DNA of 10,640 bases, from assembly GCA_038208905.1 (NCBI GenBank), contig JBBQYG010000145.1, positions 1-10,640 of the forward strand, written 5' to 3'. This DNA is from Candidatus Sumerlaeia bacterium (GTDB taxonomy: Bacteria > Sumerlaeota > Sumerlaeia > SLMS01). Under the pieces are notes generated by a model. That model did not search any database, was not told the DNA's origin, and saw only the letters and a program-made list of their open reading frames with translations. Shown here one piece after another: positions 1 through 6,065 of the stretch; position 1 is the first letter of the stretch, and each line of letters begins with the position of its first letter. Both the position numbers and the translations under genes were made by a program.

Positions 1-675
1 CTCGACCAGGACGCCGTCGGCGGACGCCAAGCATTCCTTGCAGCGTGGCAACGCATGGTCAGCGGAGAAGCCCAGATCATCCTCGGCACCCAAATGATCG
101 CGAAGGGTCTCCACCTCGAGCGCGTGACACTCGTGGGCGTCATCCTCGCGGAGGTCGGCCTCTTCATCCCCGATTTCCGCGCCGAAGAGCGCACGTTCTG
201 CCTCCTTACCCAGGTCGCCGGGCGCTCCGGTCGTGTGAGTATGGGCGAGGTGATTCTCCAGACTTACATGCCCCAGCAGCCGGCGATCGTCTTCGCCGCA
301 GCGCACAACTACGAGGGCTTCGTGGAGGCAGAGATGCAGCGCCGCCACAAGTCGCGCTTTCCCCCGGTCGAGCGCCTCATCGCGCTCACACTCGCGGGGG
401 AGGATTTTGATCGGACGGTTTCCCAGGCCAGGAATCTGACCGGAATTCTGCGGCGCATCGCGCAGAAAAGCGACTGGCGGTCCTGCCGCGTGCTGGGTCC
501 ACTTCCCGCGCCCATCGAGCGTCTGGCCGGGCGCTATCGACAGCGGATCCTCCTGCGCGGCCCCGTCGCATCCACCAATGCGGGGCTTCTCCGCGCGGCG
601 CTCGCCGATTCCCAGTGGAAGGCTTCGGCATCCGTCGCACTCTCGATCGATGTGGATCCGATTGATCTACTCTAG
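1..675 (+). CDS. priA: Primosomal protein N' (replication restart helicase), C-terminal part; 5'-truncated by the window edge
   Basis: Frame is open from base 1 (LDQDAVGG...). It has the PriA motifs ILGTQMIAKGLH, VTLVGVI, PDFRAEERTF-LLTQVAGRSGR and GEVILQTY, then the C-terminal domain VLGPLPAPIERLAGRYR...IDVDP. Stop TAG at 673-675. Confidence 0.97.
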   Translation, partial: LDQDAVGGRQAFLAAWQRMVSGEAQIILGTQMIAKGLHLERVTLVGVILAEVGLFIPDFRAEERTFCLLTQVAGRSGRVSMGEVILQTYMPQQPAIVFAAAHNYEGFVEAEMQRRHKSRFPPVERLIALTLAGEDFDRTVSQARNLTGILRRIAQKSDWRSCRVLGPLPAPIERLAGRYRQRILLRGPVASTNAGLLRAALADSQWKASASVALSIDVDPIDLL

Positions 676-1836
676 GGCGCCGAGCGTGGGCCATTCCTCG
701 ACGTTGGCGGAAGCGGGCACCACCGTGATCAAGCCAAGCTTCGTTTCTGAATCCTCGTTGCTCCCGTTGACCGCTACCAACTCCACGTCGAAGACCCCGG
801 GCGACGTATAGATGTATATCGGATTTCGATCCGTCGAATCCACCACGCCGTCCCGGTCAAAGTCCCACCTCCATGCCGATGCCGCCGCCGTGGAGGAGTT
901 CGCAAACGTGACGGCTTCGCCCACGGATGCCGTGGAATGGGAGACGCTGAATGCCGCCGTAACAGGAAGGTCAGAGAAAATGACGGTGATGCGGGGCACA
1001 ACTTGGCTGAGCGTCCGCAAGGCGGGTGTGCTCCCGCTCCAGTCGCCAACCGGCGTCCCCGAAGAGAGCGCCCGCCCCGCTCGTGTCCGGTCAACACCGG
1101 AGGCGAAACCCTCCAGCAGAAGGCTGGAACCCGTCGAGTCGGCCTCGAAGAGAAACGATATCCGAAGTGGCAGCGTCCCCGAATACACAAAGGGCGTATC
1201 CGCTGAGACCACCAAGGGACTGCCACCCACCACTGGCGCGAGGCCTCCCGTGTGCAGCGTCGTCCATCCTGCCGCGTCGAGGTTGTTGGAGGCAAAGGTC
1301 GAACCGGATGCCTCCTTCAGGCGGGCAGTAATGGTCCCACTCGCTGCGCCCGCTCCGACGGTGGGATGAATGGCCAGTCCTTCAAGAGAACCAGCGCGCC
1401 CCAGCTCCTCGGGATACAGGATGATCTCCGTGTTGACCAGCAAGGCCCCCCGATGCAGCGGGTACTCCGTTGTCGCGGTGCTCAGCCCGCCGACCTCGAC
1501 CGCGCTGCCGCGTCGAATCTCCACGGCGTTCGCCTTTGCGCCCGGCTGCCCTCCGCTATATGTATAGACAATATGATGCAGGGCGGCGGAAAGCGCCGCC
1601 GTGTTGGCCGCGGCCTCGATCTGCGCCGCCGACTGGCTGACGATCTGGAGCGGAGTGTCCGCCGCGCCGGGCCTCCGCAGCGCGAGGCCCTCGATGCCGG
1701 CCAGGTCGCTTCCGGTGATGGTCCAGCGCGTCATGCTCGCCGCATCCGCCACACTTGGGGAAACGCCGCCGATCGTGGGCGCCGCCACCGCGTGGACCGC
1801 GAGGAAAGCGAGTGCTATGGCGAGCAGGCGCGTCAT
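667..1836 (-). CDS. Secreted/surface protein (389 aa): signal peptide, IPT/TIG-like domain, beta-sandwich domain and C-terminal PKD domain
   Basis: Start reassigned to ATG 1836 (MTRLLAIALAFLAVHAVA|APT, Sec-type signal). The longer ORF from 2103 overlaps the kinase gene. APTIGGVSP...WTITGSDL is IPT-like. AAFSVS...VGEAVTFANSS...WRWDFD.DG..DST.RNP.Y.YTSPG.FDV.L is a PKD signature. Confidence 0.85.
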   Translation of the reverse strand: MTRLLAIALAFLAVHAVAAPTIGGVSPSVADAASMTRWTITGSDLAGIEGLALRRPGAADTPLQIVSQSAAQIEAAANTAALSAALHHIVYTYSGGQPGAKANAVEIRRGSAVEVGGLSTATTEYPLHRGALLVNTEIILYPEELGRAGSLEGLAIHPTVGAGAASGTITARLKEASGSTFASNNLDAAGWTTLHTGGLAPVVGGSPLVVSADTPFVYSGTLPLRISFLFEADSTGSSLLLEGFASGVDRTRAGRALSSGTPVGDWSGSTPALRTLSQVVPRITVIFSDLPVTAAFSVSHSTASVGEAVTFANSSTAAASAWRWDFDRDGVVDSTDRNPIYIYTSPGVFDVELVAVNGSNEDSETKLGLITVVPASANVEEWPTLGALE

Positions 1837-1840
1837 TTCG

Positions 1841-3481
1841 TCAGGCTGGCTTTCCCGGGACGCGGATAGCCACCCGCAGCCCTCCAAGATTCGAGTCGAT
1901 CGTCGCCTCCGCGGAGCCGCTATTCTCCTCGGCGAACTTTGCCACCATGGCGAGGCCAAGGCCCGTCCCCACGGAGCCCTTGGTCGAATAGAACTGGTCG
2001 AAGATCGTCGCCAGATTTTCTTCCGGCACCCCCGGCCCGTTGTCTGAAACGGCGAACTCCAGCTCATTTCCAAGGTCGGTGATTTCCAGCCGAACGAGAC
2101 CATCCTGGGCGACGGCGTCCCGCGCGTTGGAGATTAGGTTCATGAGCGCGCGGTGCAGCCGATACCGATCCAATAGATACCTCCCCTCCACGTCGCAGAG
2201 CACCTCGAATGCGTGGCGCTTCTGCTGCGCCGCGGCTTCTGCCTCGCCTGCGATGTCACCCAGGAGATCCTCCAGCAAGACCTCCTCCGGCTCCGGTGCC
2301 CGTTTCTTGGACAAGTCGAGTAGGTCGAGCACCAGGTTTTCCAGTCGGCGCACGCCATTGCCAATCAGTCGGGAACTGGTCGCAATCTGGCCGAAGTCCT
2401 GTTTCTCCAACCCCTTCTCCAGGATCATCGTAGATCCCTTGAAAACCGTCAGCAGATTCTTGATGCAATGCGAGAGCGTGGAGAGCGTGGAACCGATCGC
2501 GGCAAGGCGTTCCGCCTCCACGTTCTTCTTCACAAGGCGCTGATTGGAAATCGCCATCGCCAACAGGCTCGCGAAAACCTCTGTCGTTGCCAGATCGGCA
2601 GGAGACAGTTCGCGGCGCCGGTTCGCCGACGCGAAGTTCACCGTTCCCAATACCTCGCCCTGCGACACAATCGGGGCACAAATCGAAGTTTCGACCTTGC
2701 CAGTCAGCGATCGGCTTCCCGGCTGGTCACCGATCATCAAGCGCGACCGACCGTGCTGGATCACCCAGTCCGTGATGCTGCCGGGCTTCACATCCAGGAG
2801 CTTATTGTCTAATGCGTCCGAAGCGCTGCCCACCGACGCCGCCAGCCGGAGTTGGTTCCCCTCCGCAAGGAGGATCGACCCGCGATCCACGCCCATCTGG
2901 GAGATGAACACGCGCAGCAACTTCCTGAACTGGATCAGGTCCTCCGTCACCAGATCGATCTCGCCCGCCGCGCGCACCAGCGTCTGCAGCCATCGCGTTG
3001 GATCGGGGAAATAGTAGTCGCGCTTTACTCCGCGCCCCTCCAACTCGTGGATGAGTTGCTCCGGCGTCGCGCCAGCCGGCAGCAACCCATCGGCCCCCGC
3101 CCGCATCAGGCTCAGGATGCGCTCGAGCTGAAAATGCCGCAGCATCACCACCACGCGCGTTGGGCGGAAAGCCACCGTCACAAGCTGCGTGCATTGCAGG
3201 AGGTCCTCGAACTCCGCTCCTTCGTCCAAGTCCAGCGCAACCACTGCCCATGCGGCGCCGGGCTCGCGCTTCTCCTGCCAGGAGGGCGAACGCCATTCCG
3301 ATCCGGGCACATGGACCAGTCGATGGGTACCCGCGCGGACGAGTCCGTCAAGCTGCGCCCCAAACTCGGCGCTCCCGCCGATTACCAGCAGCTGTACACT
3401 GTCAGAGACGAGACTGAGACCAGGCAGGTCCAATGTATGGCTCCGTTCATCCTCGGAAGGTTTTACGATCCTCTGGGGCAT
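1841..3481 (-). CDS. Cytoplasmic sensor histidine kinase (546 aa): degenerate receiver-like domain, GAF, HisKA and HATPase_c
   Basis: H-box LSHCIKNLL, N-box LMNLISNARDA, G1 DNGPG, F-box IFDQFYSTK and G2 GTGLGL. GAF segment RGSILL...LRLAASVG...SICAPIVSQGEVLGTVNF. No transmembrane helix. ATG 3481 preferred; an alternative TTG start lies at 3496. Confidence 0.93.
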   Translation of the reverse strand: MPQRIVKPSEDERSHTLDLPGLSLVSDSVQLLVIGGSAEFGAQLDGLVRAGTHRLVHVPGSEWRSPSWQEKREPGAAWAVVALDLDEGAEFEDLLQCTQLVTVAFRPTRVVVMLRHFQLERILSLMRAGADGLLPAGATPEQLIHELEGRGVKRDYYFPDPTRWLQTLVRAAGEIDLVTEDLIQFRKLLRVFISQMGVDRGSILLAEGNQLRLAASVGSASDALDNKLLDVKPGSITDWVIQHGRSRLMIGDQPGSRSLTGKVETSICAPIVSQGEVLGTVNFASANRRRELSPADLATTEVFASLLAMAISNQRLVKKNVEAERLAAIGSTLSTLSHCIKNLLTVFKGSTMILEKGLEKQDFGQIATSSRLIGNGVRRLENLVLDLLDLSKKRAPEPEEVLLEDLLGDIAGEAEAAAQQKRHAFEVLCDVEGRYLLDRYRLHRALMNLISNARDAVAQDGLVRLEITDLGNELEFAVSDNGPGVPEENLATIFDQFYSTKGSVGTGLGLAMVAKFAEENSGSAEATIDSNLGGLRVAIRVPGKPA

Positions 3482-3606
3482 TGCCCCGCGAGTCAATGCC
3501 CTATGCCAATTTGGCTCCTCATTGGGTGAGGGGCGTCGGCGAATCCCACTAGCGGTCGCGGCCTACAGCGCCAAGGTTTCGCCGCCTTCGGATTCAAATC
3601 CGCTGA

Positions 3607-3619
3607 AATCAAATCCTTG
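3607..3619 (+). promoter_or_regulatory. Candidate IHF binding site
   Basis: AATCAA-ATCC-TTG matches WATCAA-N4-TTR exactly. It lies in an AT-richer patch about 30 bp upstream of the sigma54-like motif at 3648. Confidence 0.45.
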
Positions 3620-3647
3620 CAATCTCCTACCCCCCAGAAGGCCATTG

Positions 3648-3663
3648 CGGCATGACTTCTGCC
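3648..3663 (+). promoter_or_regulatory. Candidate sigma54 (-24/-12) promoter for the YceI gene
   Basis: CGGCATGACTTCTGCC has GG at 3649-3650, N10, then GC at 3661-3662. It is a partial match to TGGCAC-N5-TTGC and has an upstream IHF-like site. Confidence 0.4.
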
Positions 3664-3728
3664 CAAGTGGGAATGCATCTCAGTCGTCCATCCCAAGCCT
3701 CACCAACCCAGCCGAAGGAGTTCCTCCC

Positions 3729-4487
3729 ATGAAGGTTCGCGTCGTTCGGAGTCTCGCCGCCGCTGTCCTCGCCATTTCTGTGCTTTCCGCCCCCGCCTAC
3801 GTATCCGCCCAGGACGAGGCCAAGCCGGCAACCTTCGACGTCACAAAGTTCATCGGCGCCGACGGAAAGCTGACCCAGGGCGATGTCCCCCTCGGCACGA
3901 TTTCCTTCGTCGGTACAGCCCCTGGCAAGAAACACGATGGCGGCTTCGCCAAGTGGCGATTCACCAAGGTGGACATACCCGGCGGCGACCTCGCCAAGGG
4001 GATCATCGAGCTGGAGATAGACATCGCCTCCGTCCATAGCGACGCGGGAAAATTGACGAACCACCTCCAGCAGCCCGATTACTTCTCCGCGGCCGAATTC
4101 CCCAAGGCCAAATTGGCCATCAAGAATGCCAAGCCGGGGGAAAAGGATTCCAGCGGCGCCCAACTCTACGAAGCCGACGGCGAGCTGACGATCCGCGGCG
4201 TCGCGGCCCCCCTCACGGTTACCTTCTCTGTCGTCGAAGAAAAGCCCCTCAAGGTAAAGGGCACCGCCACCGTCAATCGCGACAGCTTCGGCGTCGGCCC
4301 CAAGTCCAACCCCGAAGCCCCCCGCACCCCGAATGCAGATGTCGCCATCGTCTTCGAGACCTTTGTCCCTGAGAAGATCGAGGCTCCCAAAGCCGTTGCG
4401 GAAATCGAGAAGAAGGTGGACGATGCCGCCGCAAAGGTTGGGGCCGCCTTGGACGCCGCCCTCCCCACCCCGCGCAAGTCGCACTAG
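3729..4487 (+). CDS. Secreted YceI-family (polyisoprenoid/lipid-binding) protein, 252 aa
   Basis: GAAGGAG RBS at 3714-3720 before ATG 3729. Signal peptide MKVRVVRSLAAAVLAISVLSAPAYVSA. YceI motifs HDGGF, IELEIDIASV, LTNHL..PDYF.A.EFP.A, GELTIRGV and VNRDSFGVG. Ala/Lys-rich C-terminal tail. Confidence 0.9.
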   Translation: MKVRVVRSLAAAVLAISVLSAPAYVSAQDEAKPATFDVTKFIGADGKLTQGDVPLGTISFVGTAPGKKHDGGFAKWRFTKVDIPGGDLAKGIIELEIDIASVHSDAGKLTNHLQQPDYFSAAEFPKAKLAIKNAKPGEKDSSGAQLYEADGELTIRGVAAPLTVTFSVVEEKPLKVKGTATVNRDSFGVGPKSNPEAPRTPNADVAIVFETFVPEKIEAPKAVAEIEKKVDDAAAKVGAALDAALPTPRKSH

Positions 4488-4633
4488 GCAAGCGTAAAGG
4501 GGCTTTGCCATCGGCGCTCGCGATAGCCGCACGATTCCCAACTGGGGTGTAACTGATTACTCAATTTCCTCCGGATTTGGCGTCGAAGAACCAGATGAAC
4601 CCCGGAAAGTCCCATTTTTCCTCGCTTTCGGCA

Positions 4634-4649
4634 AGGCACGGCAGTTGCC
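4634..4649 (+). promoter_or_regulatory. Sigma54 (-24/-12) promoter motif
   Basis: AGGCACGGCAGTTGCC contains GGCACG-N4-TTGC, with GG at 4635-4636 and GC at 4647-4648. This is near-consensus; predicted TSS about 4660. Confidence 0.65.
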
Positions 4650-4659
4650 AATCACCTCC

Positions 4660-4770
4660 CCAGAGAAGAGGCCCGAAGCACTCGACCCACCGACCCCACT
4701 GGTCCTTCTCCAGCACAACCCAACCCGTTGTTCCTTGCGCCGGAGGGCCCTCCCTCTGGCGCAAGCCTTT
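4660..4770 (+). ncRNA. Candidate sigma54-dependent small RNA or structured leader
   Basis: Begins at the predicted TSS. Stem 1 is GAGAAG-A-GGCC/GGUC-CUUCUC (4663-4710) with a C-rich loop. A C-rich linker is followed by a 14-bp GC-rich hairpin (4734-4765) and CCUUU. No convincing ORF. Confidence 0.4.
4734..4770 (+). terminator. Strong hairpin, possible intrinsic terminator or 3' stem of the candidate sRNA
   Basis: CTTGCGCCGGAGGG-CCCT-CCCTCTGGCGCAAG forms 14 bp with one G-U pair on the + strand. The U-tract after it is short. Confidence 0.5.
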
Positions 4771-4897
4771 GCAGCCGAAATCAGGCTTACCCCGAATTCC
4801 CACGCATCCCCGCGACACGCCGACTCCCATCGCGCCCTGTGTTTGATTGGTCGCCAGAACAGGCATAGGGGGGGCTCCCTGCTTTTTGTGAGGAGAG

Positions 4898-4926
4898 TTG
4901 ACAGGCCGCATTTCACCCGGTACCTT
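4898..4926 (+). promoter_or_regulatory. Sigma70-type promoter for the PilZ-like gene
   Basis: Perfect TTGACA (4898-4903), a 17-bp spacer, then TACCTT (4921-4926, TAnnnT), about 30 bp before ATG 4956. GAGG RBS at 4946-4949. Confidence 0.6.
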
Positions 4927-4955
4927 CTTCCCACGATACCGCGTCGAGGCTTGCC

Positions 4956-5336
4956 ATGAAGCCCAGCACCCCCTTCTCGGCGGCACAGAGAGTCAGCAGT
5001 CAGAGGGCGATTGTCTCGCTCGCACACGACGATGCGACACCCGCCGGGGATTACCACGCGGCCGTCACAAGGATATCGCCGTCAGGTATCCGGATTGCAC
5101 TGGAGGTAGCACCCAAGACGGACATGCGCACGCTCTATCGCTGCAATCCGCGGGTGGACCTCTTGCTAGACCTGCCCCGCCCGCTCAAGCCGGTGCAAAC
5201 GCAAGGGCGTATATCCGGAGTGGCGATCAATCACGGCGTGGACGAGCCGCCGATGGTGATCGACTTGGAATTCCTCGAGTTGACGGCGGAAGAAGAAAAG
5301 GCGCTGCGGGATTCCAACCCAGCGCTGGTCGTTTAG
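4956..5336 (+). CDS. Stand-alone PilZ-like domain protein with degenerate c-di-GMP motifs, 126 aa
   Basis: Beta-barrel pattern AAVTRISPSGIRI...VDLLLDLP....VQTQGRI...IDLEFLEL followed by the helix TAEEEKALRD, typical of PilZ domains. It has its own promoter and RBS. Confidence 0.7.
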   Translation: MKPSTPFSAAQRVSSQRAIVSLAHDDATPAGDYHAAVTRISPSGIRIALEVAPKTDMRTLYRCNPRVDLLLDLPRPLKPVQTQGRISGVAINHGVDEPPMVIDLEFLELTAEEEKALRDSNPALVV

Positions 5337-5345
5337 GGAGGACTA

Positions 5346-5458
5346 AAGTTTGGGGGCTCGCCTCTGTGGCGGGATCTGGTCTCGAAGCAGTCATGGGTGT
5401 GTGGGTCCCATGCCTGCTCCGAAACCGCAAAAGGGTCCGGCGAGCCCCCAAAAAACTT
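5346..5458. repeat. 113-bp rod-like inverted-repeat element between convergent genes (MITE/REPIN-like or structured RNA)
   Basis: Perfect 14-bp IR TTTGGGGGCTCGCC (5349-5362)/GGCGAGCCCCCAAA (5439-5452). Inner ~20-bp imperfect stem at 5378-5397/5407-5426. Outer AAGTTT/AAACTT ends flanked by CTA on both sides (5343-5345, 5459-5461). Confidence 0.7.
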
Positions 5459-5469
5459 CTAACTGCCGA

Positions 5470-5943
5470 TTAGGCCGTTGCGCCCAATTCGGAGGTGCAG
5501 TTCGGGCAGCGAGAGGCCCTGATCGGAATCGCCGTATAGCACTTCGGGCAGTCCTTCGTTGTGGGGTCGGGCACAGCGGCAGCGGCTGCCGCCTTTGCGT
5601 CGTCCTTGGCCTTCAGCTTATTGATGAACTTGATCATCAGGAAAATCGCAAAGGCCAGGATCAGGAAGTCCAGCACCTGGTTGGTGAAGATGCCATAGTT
5701 GATCGTCGGCGCCCCGGCCTCCTTCGCCGCCGCCAGCGAGGCGTGACCCGCCCCCGAGAGATCCAGATACAGCTCAGAGAAATCCACCCGGCCGAGCAAC
5801 AGACCGATCGGCGGCATGAGCACATCGCTCACCAGCGAACTGGTGATCTTCCCAAACGAGGCGCCGATGATCACGCCCACCGCGAGGTCGATCACGTTGC
5901 CCCGCATCGCAAACGCCTTGAATTCCTGAACGAAGCCCATCAT
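5470..5943 (-). CDS. mscL: Large-conductance mechanosensitive channel with C-terminal zinc-ribbon-like tail
   Basis: Contains [44 protein letters not shown] and INYGIF...[16 protein letters not shown]. Start is ATG 5943 or 5940; the ORF-track extension to 6393 overlaps the next gene. Tail is CPKC-x10-CPNC. Confidence 0.97.
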   Translation of the reverse strand: MMGFVQEFKAFAMRGNVIDLAVGVIIGASFGKITSSLVSDVLMPPIGLLLGRVDFSELYLDLSGAGHASLAAAKEAGAPTINYGIFTNQVLDFLILAFAIFLMIKFINKLKAKDDAKAAAAAAVPDPTTKDCPKCYTAIPIRASRCPNCTSELGATA

Positions 5944-6065
5944 TTTGATCCTTTTCGGTTGGTGGCCGGGGGAGCCCCGACTACTTGCACTGACCCGGTA
6001 GAAGCCCATCAAACCCGTCCGACCGTCAACAGATATGACCCCCCCAACTGGGATAGGCGAACTGG

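Noticed and set aside
1837..2103. N-terminal extension of the PKD protein ORF
   Set aside because: It is an out-of-frame overlap with the kinase ATPase domain. The signal peptide starts at ATG 1836.
3189..3728. N-terminal extension of the YceI ORF (432 aa version)
   Set aside because: It overlaps the kinase gene on the opposite strand. The real start is ATG 3729, which has an RBS and a signal peptide.
3627..4541. Long antisense or alternate-frame ORFs (this one, and also 6585-7466 +, 7804-8721 - and 5350-6102 +)
   Set aside because: These are shadow ORFs expected from high-GC codon bias. They overlap well-supported genes and show no motifs.
4734..4795. c-di-GMP-I riboswitch upstream of the PilZ gene (GCGCAAGCC...GGCTTACC resemblance)
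   Set aside because: It lacks the GCAAAC start, GNRA-capped P2 and tetraloop receptor. The PilZ gene also appears to have its own promoter downstream.
4557..5057. ORFs in the yceI-PilZ gap (4577-4846 +, 4645-4959 +, 4561-4986 -, 4557-5057 -)
   Set aside because: No recognisable domains or RBS, low-complexity translations, and they overlap promoter motifs and hairpins.
5349..5452. SRP (4.5S) RNA, suggested by GGGGGCTC...GCCCCC ends, ~105-nt length and an internal GAAGCAG
   Set aside because: There is no CAGG-stem-GNRA-stem-AGCAG domain IV at the apex. The AGCAG is paired inside the stem and the apical loop is TGTGTGGGT.
6006..6029. TTGACG as a -35 element for mscL on the minus strand
   Set aside because: No acceptable -10 hexamer at 16-18 bp spacing.
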